Assembly: GCF_004104415.1 (NCBI RefSeq)
Contig: NZ_CP034669.1
Direction: 5' to 3' (one strand)
DNA from: Corallococcus coralloides
GTDB lineage: Bacteria; Myxococcota; Myxococcia; Myxococcales; Myxococcaceae
DNA length: 64,000 nucleotides
Shown: positions 1 through 9,059 of the stretch, piece after piece
Layout: each line of letters opens with the position of its first letter
How positions within the stretch are numbered: the first letter of the stretch is position 1
The notes under the pieces: model-generated
What the model was told of the DNA's origin: nothing
The model's input: the letters and a program-made list of their open reading frames with translations, nothing else
The model's database searches: none
Made by a program: the position numbers and the translations under genes

Positions 1-162
1 TCTCTCCCATGTGGGAGACGTCGAAGAGGCCGACGGCGGTGCGCACGGCCTCGTGCTCGGCGATGAGGCCCGAGTACTGCACCGGCATGTCCCAGCCGGC
101 GAAGTCGACCATTCGGGCCCCCAGCTTGCGGTGGGCCTCGTTGAGGGGCGTACGCCGGGTCA
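1..162 (-). CDS. gcvT: glycine cleavage system T protein (aminomethyltransferase), N-terminal part; gene runs off window start
   Basis: Reverse translation from ATG at 162 gives [54 protein letters not shown], the conserved GcvT N-terminus. Confidence 0.85.
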
Positions 163-265
163 TTGACTTCTCCAGGGTGGGCAGGGGGTGGCGAAACGGC
201 GCGGACTATAGCGGCGCACCTTCTTCAATCAAGGCCGACGCGGAAGGGACTAAACTCATCCCGAC

Positions 266-1138
266 ATGAAGATTCGCAACTGCCTCAACCCCTCCAAGCC
301 GAGCTTCTCCTTCGAGTTCTTTCCTCCCAAGACGGACGCGGGCGTGGCCTCGCTCCTGCGCACGGTGGAGGAGCTTGCGCCGCTGGAGCCGGGGTTCGTG
401 TCGGTGACGTACGGGGCGGGCGGGAGCACGCGCGACCGGACGGTGGACCTCGTCACTCACATCAAGGAGAAGACCGGCATCGAGGCGATGGCGCACCTGA
501 CGTGCGTGGGACACACCCGCGACGAGCTTCGTGACGTGCTGCGCCGGCTTGACGCGGCAGGCATCGAGAACGTGCTCCTCTTGCGCGGGGACCCGCCGCA
601 GGGGCAGACGACCTTCGAGCCGGTGCCCGGGGGCTTCCGCTACGCGGAGGAGTTGGTCCGATTCGTTCGAGAAGAGGATTTCAACTTCTGCCTGGGGGGC
701 GCGTGCTATCCGGAGGGCCACGTGGAGACGGCGTCGCGCGAGGACGACCTCAAGCACCTGAAGGCCAAGGTGGATGCGGGGATGGACTTCGTGGTGACGC
801 AGCTCTTCTTCGACAACGCCTTCTATTTCGACTTCGTGGAGCGGGCGCGGCGGGCGGGCATCAACGTCCCCATCGTCCCCGGCATCATGCCCATCACCAA
901 CTACGAGCAGGTCCAGCGCTTCACGCGCATGTGTGGCGCGACGGTGCCCATGCGTCTGGCGTTGCAGATGGAGCGCGTGAAGGATCAACCGGACGCCGTC
1001 GTGCAGCTGGGCGTGGCGCACGCCACGGTGCAGTGCATGGAGCTGCTGTCGCGCGGCGTGCCGGGCATCCACTTCTATACGCTGAACAAGTCTCCCGCGA
1101 CGCGGATGATCGTGGGCGCGCTGAAGGGGCGGTCATGA
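266..1138 (+). CDS. metF: 5,10-methylenetetrahydrofolate reductase
   Basis: 290-aa ORF with MetF hallmarks ([34 protein letters not shown]). Confidence 0.93.
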   Translation: MKIRNCLNPSKPSFSFEFFPPKTDAGVASLLRTVEELAPLEPGFVSVTYGAGGSTRDRTVDLVTHIKEKTGIEAMAHLTCVGHTRDELRDVLRRLDAAGIENVLLLRGDPPQGQTTFEPVPGGFRYAEELVRFVREEDFNFCLGGACYPEGHVETASREDDLKHLKAKVDAGMDFVVTQLFFDNAFYFDFVERARRAGINVPIVPGIMPITNYEQVQRFTRMCGATVPMRLALQMERVKDQPDAVVQLGVAHATVQCMELLSRGVPGIHFYTLNKSPATRMIVGALKGRS

Positions 1139-1557
1139 GCGGTCCTGGTCCTCAGCTGGCGCCGGGCGACCCGCGCCTCAAGATCTTCCAGATCGTGCGC
1201 TTCCCGGCGTTCTTCCTGCTCATCGTCGGCGTGCTGCACGTCACCTTCAGCCTGCTGGGCGCGGTGCTGGCGGCGCTGAAGGTGGCGTCGCCCTTCTCCA
1301 CGCCGGGGCAGGCGCCGGTGGTGCTGGAGTTCACGACGGGCTTCTCGCTGGCCATCCTGGGCGGGATCCTCTGCGGGGTGCTCGCCGTCTGGGGCGCGTG
1401 GAACGCGATGAACCTCAAGGGGTACGGCCTGGCGACGGTGGGCGCCATCTGCGCGATGTACACGCTGACGCCCGGCTGTTTCATTGGCGTGCCGGTGGCG
1501 GTGTGGATGCTCTTCACGCTGCGCCGTGACGGCGTGCGCGAGGCCTTCGCACCATGA
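1135..1557 (+). CDS. small hydrophobic membrane protein (about 140 aa), function unknown
   Basis: ATG at 1135 overlaps the metF stop (ATGA); translation has 3-4 hydrophobic helices; stop overlaps hom start. Confidence 0.55.
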   Translation: MSGPGPQLAPGDPRLKIFQIVRFPAFFLLIVGVLHVTFSLLGAVLAALKVASPFSTPGQAPVVLEFTTGFSLAILGGILCGVLAVWGAWNAMNLKGYGLATVGAICAMYTLTPGCFIGVPVAVWMLFTLRRDGVREAFAP

Positions 1558-2609
1558 ACCCGCGCGCCGTCCGCACGGTGCGCTTCCTGCTCACGGGCCT
1601 TGGGAACGTGGGCGTGCCGCTGCTGGAGATCCTCCAGTCGCGCGCGTCGCTGCTGATGGAGCGCTACCGGCTGGAGCTGTTGCCGGTGGGGCTGGCGGAC
1701 TCGGGCGGCGCGGCGGTGTCGCCGCACGGGTTGGACATCGGGGCGGTGCTGGCGGTGAAGCGGGCGCGGCACTCCGTGGCGTCGCTGCCGGTGGTGGGGC
1801 GTCCGGGGATGAGCGGGCGCGACCTGGTGCGCGAGGTGAAGGCGGACCTCCTGCTGGAGGCCACCCCCACGAGCTTCCAGGACGGGCAGCCCGGGATGGA
1901 CATCACGCGGGACGCGCTGATGCGGGGCATGGCGGCGGTGCTCGCGAGCAAGGGGCCGCTGGTGCTGGGGTTCCAGGAGCTGGCGGGCTTGAGCGACCTG
2001 GAGTCGCCGGGCCGCCCTCCCCTGCGCTTCAGCGCGGCGGTGGGCGCGTCCATGCCGCTGGTGAACGTGGGGCGCCGGGACCTGGCGCTGGGGAAGCTGG
2101 GCCGCTTCGAGGGCGTGCTCAACAGCACCAGCCACCTGCTCTTGTGCCGCATGGCGGAGGGCCGGACGTACGAGGCCGCGCTGGCGGAGGCGCAGGCGAT
2201 GGGCATCGCGGAGACGGACCCCACGCTGGACGTGGACGGCTGGGACACGGCGGGCAAGCTGGTCATCCTGGCCAACGCGGTGATGCGCGTGCCCACGACG
2301 CTGAAGGACGTGTCCGTGACGGGCATGCGCGGCGTGACGCGCGCGGAGCTGGACGCGGCGAAGGCGAAGGGCGGCCAGGTGCTGCTCCTGGCGCGCGGCG
2401 AGCCCGTTGGCGGCGAGCGGTGGGAGTGGAGCGTGCGGCCCACCGCCGTGGACGCGGCCCATCCCCTGGCCCGGCTGGGCGCGATGGAGATGGGCGCGGT
2501 GTTCCGCAGTGATTTGCACGGCGTGAACACCGTCATCAACGGTGAGCAGGGCGCCCGGGGCACGGGCGCGGCGATGCTGAAGGACGTGCTCGAAATCTTT
2601 CCGGACTGA
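1554..2609 (+). CDS. hom: homoserine dehydrogenase
   Basis: 351 aa; GLGNVG NAD motif near N-terminus; IAETDPTLDVDGWDTAGKLVILANAV catalytic region. Confidence 0.9.
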   Translation: MNPRAVRTVRFLLTGLGNVGVPLLEILQSRASLLMERYRLELLPVGLADSGGAAVSPHGLDIGAVLAVKRARHSVASLPVVGRPGMSGRDLVREVKADLLLEATPTSFQDGQPGMDITRDALMRGMAAVLASKGPLVLGFQELAGLSDLESPGRPPLRFSAAVGASMPLVNVGRRDLALGKLGRFEGVLNSTSHLLLCRMAEGRTYEAALAEAQAMGIAETDPTLDVDGWDTAGKLVILANAVMRVPTTLKDVSVTGMRGVTRAELDAAKAKGGQVLLLARGEPVGGERWEWSVRPTAVDAAHPLARLGAMEMGAVFRSDLHGVNTVINGEQGARGTGAAMLKDVLEIFPD

Positions 2610-2612
2610 GCT

Positions 2613-3128
2613 TCAGCCCAGGGACTTCATGAGCCGCGCCACGAGCGGCTCCACGAGTTCCTGCCCGCGCAGCTGTGAGCGCCAGCGGTGGGGAATCCCG
2701 TTCAGGCCGTGGATGAGCCCCGCGATGCCGCCCGCCACGCAGGCCGTGGTGTCCGTGTCGTGGCCCAGCCGGATGGCGGATTTGACGACCTCACCGTCCA
2801 CGGCGAGGTAGCCCCAGTCCTGCCAGTTCACCAGCCGCCGGCCCAGGTCCTCGCAGTCGAGCCGCTTTTGATACGTCAGTGAGTCCAGCAGGCACAGCGC
2901 GTGGGCACCGTCGTCCGACCACGTCCCCGGGGGGACACGGTCATGCGCGCGGTCGAAGCCCGGCGGCGGCGTGTATTCGATGGCCTCGGGAGACGGAATC
3001 GTCTCCGGCCGGTGGAACTCATAGGGGACGCCCAACGCATCACCGATGAGCAACCCGTACAGCCCTCCCGCAATGCGCTCCTCGCGGTTCAGCATTCCCC
3101 AACCTCCCAGGTCCGTGGGCGAACCCAT
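2613..3128 (-). CDS. ADP-ribosylglycohydrolase family protein (unusually short, 171 aa)
   Basis: N-terminal LLIGDALGVPYEF and C-terminal DTDTTACVAGGIAGLIHGL motifs typical of the DraG/ADPRH fold; middle segment missing relative to typical members. Confidence 0.7.
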   Translation of the reverse strand: MGSPTDLGGWGMLNREERIAGGLYGLLIGDALGVPYEFHRPETIPSPEAIEYTPPPGFDRAHDRVPPGTWSDDGAHALCLLDSLTYQKRLDCEDLGRRLVNWQDWGYLAVDGEVVKSAIRLGHDTDTTACVAGGIAGLIHGLNGIPHRWRSQLRGQELVEPLVARLMKSLG

Positions 3129-3253
3129 CGTGTACCAAGGACACTATCAACGTAAAGAGGGGACTGGCTCGCGCGGCGTTCACGGTTCATGCGAAGCTCT
3201 CGCGCCCTTCCTTTTCGGGCCTGGCTTCCCCATCCTCACGAGAGGCGCTCCGG

Positions 3254-6200
3254 ATGCGTCGGCTCCCCCTGCTGCTTGTCCTTGGTTTGTCTGTCCTGAC
3301 CGCCTGCTCCACCGTGGAGCCCGAGGCGCCGGATGAGCACGAGATGTCTGGCGAAACCTCGCGGGCGCAGTCCTCGCCGGTGCAACAGGATTACCACTTC
3401 GAGTTGAGGTGGGACGGCGCGGCGAAGTGCCCCACGTGCCAGTACCCGTCCTACGCCTGCTCGGACAACACCGGAAACTGGAACGGTGGGGTCCGGAGCT
3501 TCACGGATCCCGTCAAGGCCGGTTGGATTGTGATTTCCGCCGACGTGGAGCTCTTCGGCCGTGGCTACGACGGCGGACTCACGACCGTCCTGCTGAACAG
3601 CCAGGAACTGGGGGCCTTCAGCATGCCCCCGAATCCCTACCGGGTGTGCGGTGGCTGCTATACGCCGGAAGTCGGCTTCAAGGCGCCCGACTCCACGGGG
3701 ATGCCAGGCTATCGCTACGGCAGCACCAATACCTTCACGCTGCGTTCGGAGCGGACCAACTGCTTCGCCGCCGCCCGGATCCGCCTGAGGACAGGGCGGC
3801 CCCTGCTCAAGGTCAATCCATCGAGTCTGTCCTTCGGCTCGATCGCGGTGGGCACGTCCGCCTCCCAGAAGGTGAGGCTGAGCAACGAGGGCGCCGTCCC
3901 GCTGATCATCGACGCCATGTCGCTTCCCCTCCCCTTCAAGCTGACACCGGTGTCCCTGCCCTTCACACTCAAGGAAGGCGCGTTCCTGGACGTGACCGTC
4001 ACGTACGCGCCCACGGCCGACCGCGTGGACTCGGGAATCCTGAGCCTGCTGAGCAGCGACCCCGACAAGGGCTCCCTGCCGATCAAGCTCGAGGGGACGG
4101 GCGGCGCCCCGAAGCTCGAGCTCGCGCCGGCCGCGCTCGACTTCGGCGCCGTGCGCGTGGGCACGAGCAGCAGCCTGCTCCTCCAGGTGAAGAACGTGGG
4201 GAGCCTGCCGCTCACGATTCCCGCCGTGCTGACGCAGGCTCCCTTCACCGTGAGCGGCCTGCCTCCGGGGGGCAGCGTGGTGCAGCCAGGGACGGTCCTC
4301 CCGCTCACGGTGACCTTCACGGCGACGGCGGGAGTGTCGTCCCTGCCGATGTACATCCAGGCCCAGGGGTCCGCCACGCCGCTCGCGGAGGTCTCTCTGC
4401 ATGGCACGGGCATCGAACCCGCCATCGTCGTGGCGGCGACCTCGCTGGACTTCGGTGTGCACACCGCGGGGGTCGACCCTGTTCGCAAGACGCTGGCGGT
4501 CAGCAACAGCGGCCTGGACGACCTCATCCTCACCGCCTTCGACGTCGAGGCGCCGTTCACGGTGGAGTCCGGCCTTCCGCTGACGATCCAGGCCCGGGAG
4601 CAGGCGAGCCTGACGGTGACCTACGCCCCGGGGGCGGGCCGCGCCGCGAAGGACCTCATCCTGCGGAGCAATGATCCGCGTACCCCCGCCGTGAAGGTGG
4701 CGCTCACCGGCACGGGCGTGGAGGTCCCCGCGCTCAAGGTCACCGCGTCCGATGGCGGCACGGCGCTGGAGTTCGGCTCGCGCGAGGTCAGCTCCGTGAG
4801 CGCGCCCCAGACGTTGACGCTCAAGAACGAGGGGGCCGGGACGCTCGTGGTGGAGCCCATCCAGCCGCCCACGGGCTTCGCCGTGACCCCCGCGGGGCGG
4901 TTCAGCCTGGCCCCCGGCGCCACGACCCAGGTCCAGGTGACCTTCGAGCCTCCGCATATCGCCCAGTTCGCGCAGGAGCTGATGCTGAGCGCGGACGGCC
5001 CGGGTGGCTCCTCCCAGACCGTGCTGCTCAGCGGACAAGGCGTCGAAGGAAAGCTGACCGCTACTCCCTCGGCGCTGTCCTTCGCGCGGACGGAAGTGGG
5101 GAACAGCAGCAAGGCGGTGCAGGTGACGATCGTCAATTCGGGGACGGACACGCTCACCCTCAGCACCATCGCGGTGGCGGGGCCGTTCTCGGTGGTGCTT
5201 CCGGAGCTGCCGAAGGAGCTCACGCCGCGCGACGCCTTCACCATGGAGGTCACCTTCATCCCGGTCGAGGACGGCGCCGCGACCGGCGTGCTCCGTGTGT
5301 TCTCGAACGCGCCGTCGTCTCCCACGGTGGTGAAGCTGGACGGAGAGGGGCTCCAGGCCGTCGGCCGGATGGCGAGCGACGTGATGGAGTTCGGCGGCCA
5401 GCGGTTGGGGGGCCTGAGCCCGCCCCGGGAACTCACGCTGTTCAACATGGGGAGCGAGTCGCTGAACGTGACGGCGGTGAACGTGAGCGGCCCGTTCCAG
5501 GTTTCAGGGCTCAACGTGGGCACCAGCGTGCCGCCGCTCGGAAACCGCACGTTCCAGGTCAGCTACAAGCCCACCGAGGCGACCGCGGAGAACGGCGTGC
5601 TGGAGGTCCAGAGCAACGCGCCGCGCGCCGCCCAGGTGACGCTGCGGGGCACGGGGACCACTGCCGCGATGGAAACCTCCGTGACGGCGCTGACGTTCGG
5701 TTCCCAGTTCCTCGGGGAGGCCTCGCAGCGCGTCGTGGAGTTGCGCAACACCGGCACGAGCCCTGTCACCATCACGGGACTGGATCCGGTGGACGGATTC
5801 TCCGTGTCCGGGCTGCCGCTGCCCCATGTCGTGGGGCCCGGCAGCAGCCATCCCTTCTACGTCGTCTTCGAGCCGCCGCGGCCGGGCGATTACGCAGGGT
5901 CGCTCGCGGTGCGGCACGATGCGTCCTCCACGCCGCTGATGATCGCGGTGCAGGGGGCCGGCGTGGCGCAGGGGCTGACGGTGACGCCCGGAGCCATCGT
6001 GTTCGGCAACCAGCGGGTGGACGCCACCAGCCAGCCCCTTTCGTTGGAGCTCGTCAACACGGGCAACGTGCCCGTCACCGTGGAGGTGAAGTCCTCCGAT
6101 GCCGCGTTCCGCGTGGACACGAGCACGGTGAGCGGTGCCATCGCGGCCGGTGGCCGAGCCTCCATCCCGGTGACGTTCCATCCGACGCGCACGGGCACGG

Positions 6201-6391
6201 TGCGCGGCGAGGTCCGCGTGGTGCCGAGCGGAGGCGGACTGGGCCCCACGGTCGTTCCCGTGGAGGGGATTGGCGAGGCCGTCACCGTGGAGGGCAGCGG
6301 CTGCGCGGTGGGCGGGAGCGGCGGGGTCTGGGTGCTGGCGGCGTGGATGCTGGCCAGGCGGAGGGCCCGGCGCGGTCAGCAGGCCCGCTAG
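3254..6391 (+). CDS. giant cell-surface lipoprotein with about 9 tandem choice-of-anchor-D/HYDIN-like beta-sandwich repeats and MYXO-CTERM sorting tail
   Basis: Lipoprotein signal MRRLPLLLVLGLSVLTACS; about 100-aa repeats (LxFGxVxVGTSxxxxLxLxNxG...); C-terminus GSGCAVGGSGGVWVLAAWMLARRRARR is a MYXO-CTERM motif. Confidence 0.9.
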   Translation: MRRLPLLLVLGLSVLTACSTVEPEAPDEHEMSGETSRAQSSPVQQDYHFELRWDGAAKCPTCQYPSYACSDNTGNWNGGVRSFTDPVKAGWIVISADVELFGRGYDGGLTTVLLNSQELGAFSMPPNPYRVCGGCYTPEVGFKAPDSTGMPGYRYGSTNTFTLRSERTNCFAAARIRLRTGRPLLKVNPSSLSFGSIAVGTSASQKVRLSNEGAVPLIIDAMSLPLPFKLTPVSLPFTLKEGAFLDVTVTYAPTADRVDSGILSLLSSDPDKGSLPIKLEGTGGAPKLELAPAALDFGAVRVGTSSSLLLQVKNVGSLPLTIPAVLTQAPFTVSGLPPGGSVVQPGTVLPLTVTFTATAGVSSLPMYIQAQGSATPLAEVSLHGTGIEPAIVVAATSLDFGVHTAGVDPVRKTLAVSNSGLDDLILTAFDVEAPFTVESGLPLTIQAREQASLTVTYAPGAGRAAKDLILRSNDPRTPAVKVALTGTGVEVPALKVTASDGGTALEFGSREVSSVSAPQTLTLKNEGAGTLVVEPIQPPTGFAVTPAGRFSLAPGATTQVQVTFEPPHIAQFAQELMLSADGPGGSSQTVLLSGQGVEGKLTATPSALSFARTEVGNSSKAVQVTIVNSGTDTLTLSTIAVAGPFSVVLPELPKELTPRDAFTMEVTFIPVEDGAATGVLRVFSNAPSSPTVVKLDGEGLQAVGRMASDVMEFGGQRLGGLSPPRELTLFNMGSESLNVTAVNVSGPFQVSGLNVGTSVPPLGNRTFQVSYKPTEATAENGVLEVQSNAPRAAQVTLRGTGTTAAMETSVTALTFGSQFLGEASQRVVELRNTGTSPVTITGLDPVDGFSVSGLPLPHVVGPGSSHPFYVVFEPPRPGDYAGSLAVRHDASSTPLMIAVQGAGVAQGLTVTPGAIVFGNQRVDATSQPLSLELVNTGNVPVTVEVKSSDAAFRVDTSTVSGAIAAGGRASIPVTFHPTRTGTVRGEVRVVPSGGGLGPTVVPVEGIGEAVTVEGSGCAVGGSGGVWVLAAWMLARRRARRGQQAR

Positions 6392-6414
6392 GCCCCCGGG
6401 CCCGGTGCGGCCAG

Positions 6415-6477
6415 AACCTGTCCGACTGTCGGACAGGTTTCCGCGGGCCGCGGCTGTCCGACTGTCGGACAGGTTTT
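6415..6477. terminator. tandem pair of perfect palindromic hairpins (bidirectional intrinsic terminator) between convergent genes
   Basis: aacctgtccgac-t-gtcggacaggtt at 6415-6439 followed by ttt; second copy ctgtccgac-t-gtcggacag at 6454-6472 followed by GTTTT; spacer ccgcgggccgcgg is itself palindromic. Confidence 0.7.
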
Positions 6478-6512
6478 CGCAGGGTGCCTCCGCCGGGGAG
6501 GCCCTCCTGGAC

Positions 6513-8063
6513 TCAGGGGGGAGGAGGCGCGGGGACGGAGCGGGCCGAAGTGGGCTCGCCCAGGATCAACAGAAGCTCCGCGCGGCGGTTCTCGCCCCGC
6601 CCTGCCGGCGTTCCGTTGGAGCCCGCGGGCCGGCGCGCACCGAGACCCCGGGCTTCCAACCGGTGGGCCGGGACGCCCTTTCGCACGAGGTACTCGCGCA
6701 CGGCCTCCGCGCGAGCGAGGGACAGGCGCTGATTGGATGCGGTGGAGCCTTCCGCGTCCGTGTGCCCTTCGATGACGACGCGCTCCACTTCCGGATGCTC
6801 CAACAGCACCCGCGCCACCTGATCCAGGACGCGAGAGCGGCCCGGCAGCGTCGTCGCGCCGACCTCGAAGAAGACCTGGCCATGGAGGACGAGTCGCTCA
6901 CGGGTCAGCGTGACGAGCGAGTCACCAGTCTCCGGGCAGCCGCCGTGCTCTCGGGTTCCCCGCTCGTGGATGCAGGCGTCCAACACGTCCACGACACCAT
7001 CACCATCCGAGTCGGTCTCGGAGACCGGCTCGTCCTTGGCGGGCTCGGGAGGTGGAGGTTCGGAAGGCGTGGGTTCGGGTTCGAGCTGTGGCTCGGCAGG
7101 GGCACGCGGGAGCCCCTGGACCAGCTCGTAGACGATGTCCTCCGGGGGCGGAGGTGGCGGCTTGTCGAAGAGAAGCGCGAAGCCCGCGAGCACCCGGTAT
7201 CGGGGCGCTCCCGGCTCCGCGCCCAGGCCCGCGCCGCCCAACGCGAAGAACTCCCAGGGCCGCGCCGGTGCGTAGCGCAGGCCGCCCAGCAGCTCTCCGC
7301 TGGTGCGCTGCTGCCGCCACGAGTACGCGCCGAGCGCCGACACCTCCGCGCGCAGGGCGTACCCCACCGTCAGTCCCACCCCGGCCCGCAGCTCGTTGCC
7401 CACGCCGTTGAGGCTGTCCACGCCGGAGTCCGTCGAGACGGCGCGACGCAGGAGCACGCCCACTTCCAGCGCCGGAGCCACGGGCCCCCAGCGCTTGCCC
7501 ATCATGATCCGTCCCTGGCCACGGACGCCCTGATCACGCGCGAGTGCGCCCGAACCACCCACGGGCAGCCGGACATCCAGGTCGAGCGCCAGATGGAAGG
7601 CCTCGGGAGCGGAGGTCCCCAGCAGCCCCAGTCGGGCAGCGAGCCGCGGCGCCCCCAGCCCGCTGCGTGACGGCGGGGAGATGGACAGCACGGTGCTCAC
7701 GTCCGCGCCGCTCTGATGGATGACGCCAGGAAGCTGGGCCTGAAGCTCCAGCCAGGGCAGCACGCCGACGGCCAGCGACACCACGCCGGTGGTCCGGGAC
7801 AGGACGAGCGGGTATTCGTCCGGCCCATTGCGGACCGTCAGCGATCTCCGCTGGTAGTGCGCCAGGAGCGAGATGCGCAGCGCGCCGGGCGCCAGCAGCT
7901 CCCCGCTCCCCATCGTCAGGGGCCCCAGGCCCGGGTTCGGGTCCAGGCGCTCCAGGGAGAACGTGGGCAGGGGCGTGGCGTCCTGGGCACGCGCGGGGGT
8001 TGCGAGCAGCAGCAGCCCCAGCGCGGCCCCGCCCACTGCGCATCGGTGCAAGGCCGGACCCAT
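6513..8063 (-). CDS. OmpA-family outer-membrane protein with thrombospondin-type-3-like Asp-rich repeat and Pro-rich linker
   Basis: Signal peptide MGPALHRCAVGGAALGLLLLATPARAQ (start chosen at 8063); DSDGDGVVDVLDAC calcium-binding motif; C-terminal OmpA_C region (TLPGRSRVLDQVARVLLEHPEVERVVIEGHTDAEGSTASNQRLSLARAEAVREYL...NRRAELL). Confidence 0.85.
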   Translation of the reverse strand: MGPALHRCAVGGAALGLLLLATPARAQDATPLPTFSLERLDPNPGLGPLTMGSGELLAPGALRISLLAHYQRRSLTVRNGPDEYPLVLSRTTGVVSLAVGVLPWLELQAQLPGVIHQSGADVSTVLSISPPSRSGLGAPRLAARLGLLGTSAPEAFHLALDLDVRLPVGGSGALARDQGVRGQGRIMMGKRWGPVAPALEVGVLLRRAVSTDSGVDSLNGVGNELRAGVGLTVGYALRAEVSALGAYSWRQQRTSGELLGGLRYAPARPWEFFALGGAGLGAEPGAPRYRVLAGFALLFDKPPPPPPEDIVYELVQGLPRAPAEPQLEPEPTPSEPPPPEPAKDEPVSETDSDGDGVVDVLDACIHERGTREHGGCPETGDSLVTLTRERLVLHGQVFFEVGATTLPGRSRVLDQVARVLLEHPEVERVVIEGHTDAEGSTASNQRLSLARAEAVREYLVRKGVPAHRLEARGLGARRPAGSNGTPAGRGENRRAELLLILGEPTSARSVPAPPPP

Positions 8064-8278
8064 GCGCGCATCATCCGTCAGGTCCCGCCCGGGCTGAAGG
8101 GGAATGGCGGCTGGACTCGCACCTGCGGCTCCCCTCCCCCTCCCGGAAAGACGCTCATGCAAAGGCAGTCATGCGCGGAAACCTTCACGCCTGTGATGAT
8201 TGATGCGGCGGGGTGCCCCGAAGACACCGAGCCAGATATCCTATCAAGGCAGCGCGGACCCAGAACCCAGGAGGGCAC

Positions 8279-8713
8279 ATGCGAGCAGCGATCATCGCAG
8301 GGCTGATGGCTGTCGGGGTGTTGGCGGGATGTGGACGAGAGGACTTGAACCAAGACGAGCAAGGCATCCTGGCGACGCATGAGGCCGCCCTGCCATCCGC
8401 ATCGGAATGTGAAGACACGTGCGAACAACTGCGTGTCGCATGCCTCGACACCGCGGAGAACAGCGCCCAGCGCATGGTGTGTCAGCGCGACTGGCTGGCA
8501 TGCAACGAGGGCTGTGCTTCTTCCAAGGCCGCGATGGCTCCGCCGGACAGCTGTGACCCGTTCGAGGACGACGGCTGGTGTCCTGTGTCCAGCAACAAGA
8601 TCACCTGCTCCAACGGAGTCCAGATGGATGCCCACTGGACTCCGGACGGCTGGTGCATCAACGCGGACGTCTGCAAGAACTACGGCGGCCCCTGGGTCTG
8701 CCCGGAGTGGTGA
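8279..8713 (+). CDS. small Cys-rich lipoprotein, paralog A of a local family
   Basis: AGGAGG 8 nt upstream of ATG; lipobox VLAGC; C-terminal module APPDSCDPxxDDGWC...CSNG...DGWC...CKNYGGPWVC shared with 8719 and 11884 copies. Confidence 0.7.
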   Translation: MRAAIIAGLMAVGVLAGCGREDLNQDEQGILATHEAALPSASECEDTCEQLRVACLDTAENSAQRMVCQRDWLACNEGCASSKAAMAPPDSCDPFEDDGWCPVSSNKITCSNGVQMDAHWTPDGWCINADVCKNYGGPWVCPEW

Positions 8714-8718
8714 GCGCC

Positions 8719-9012
8719 ATGAAACGACAGAAGACGCTTGCACTGGCCTTCAGCGTGGGGATGATGCTCGCCGGCTGTGGACCTGGGGCCGCGCCCGCCA
8801 CGGAGACCGAAACGACCGAGGACCGGGTGCACGCCATGGCACCGCCGGACAGCTGTGATCCGGACATCGATGTCGGCTGGTGCCGGATCACCACGGACCA
8901 GGTCCGCTGCGCGAATGGCTTCTACATGTATGCCTATTTGACGCTGGATGGCTGGTGCAGCCGCTACGACGCCTGCAAGAACCAGGGCGGGCCGTACGTC
9001 TGCGGTCTGTAG
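8719..9012 (+). CDS. small Cys-rich lipoprotein, paralog B
   Basis: MKRQKTLALAFSVGMMLAGCG lipoprotein signal; same 8-Cys C-terminal module (CDPDIDVGWC...CANG...DGWC...CKNQGGPYVC). Confidence 0.7.
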   Translation: MKRQKTLALAFSVGMMLAGCGPGAAPATETETTEDRVHAMAPPDSCDPDIDVGWCRITTDQVRCANGFYMYAYLTLDGWCSRYDACKNQGGPYVCGL

Positions 9013-9059
9013 TCCTGCGTATCCTCGCCTCCCTGCCCTATCATCGGCAGTGAGGTCCA

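Noticed and set aside
3236-5038. 600-aa minus-strand ORF and 421-aa plus-strand alternative-frame ORF inside the giant lipoprotein gene
   Set aside because: They overlap a repeat-containing gene with a strong signal peptide and MYXO-CTERM. The translations are low-complexity Arg/Gly-rich.
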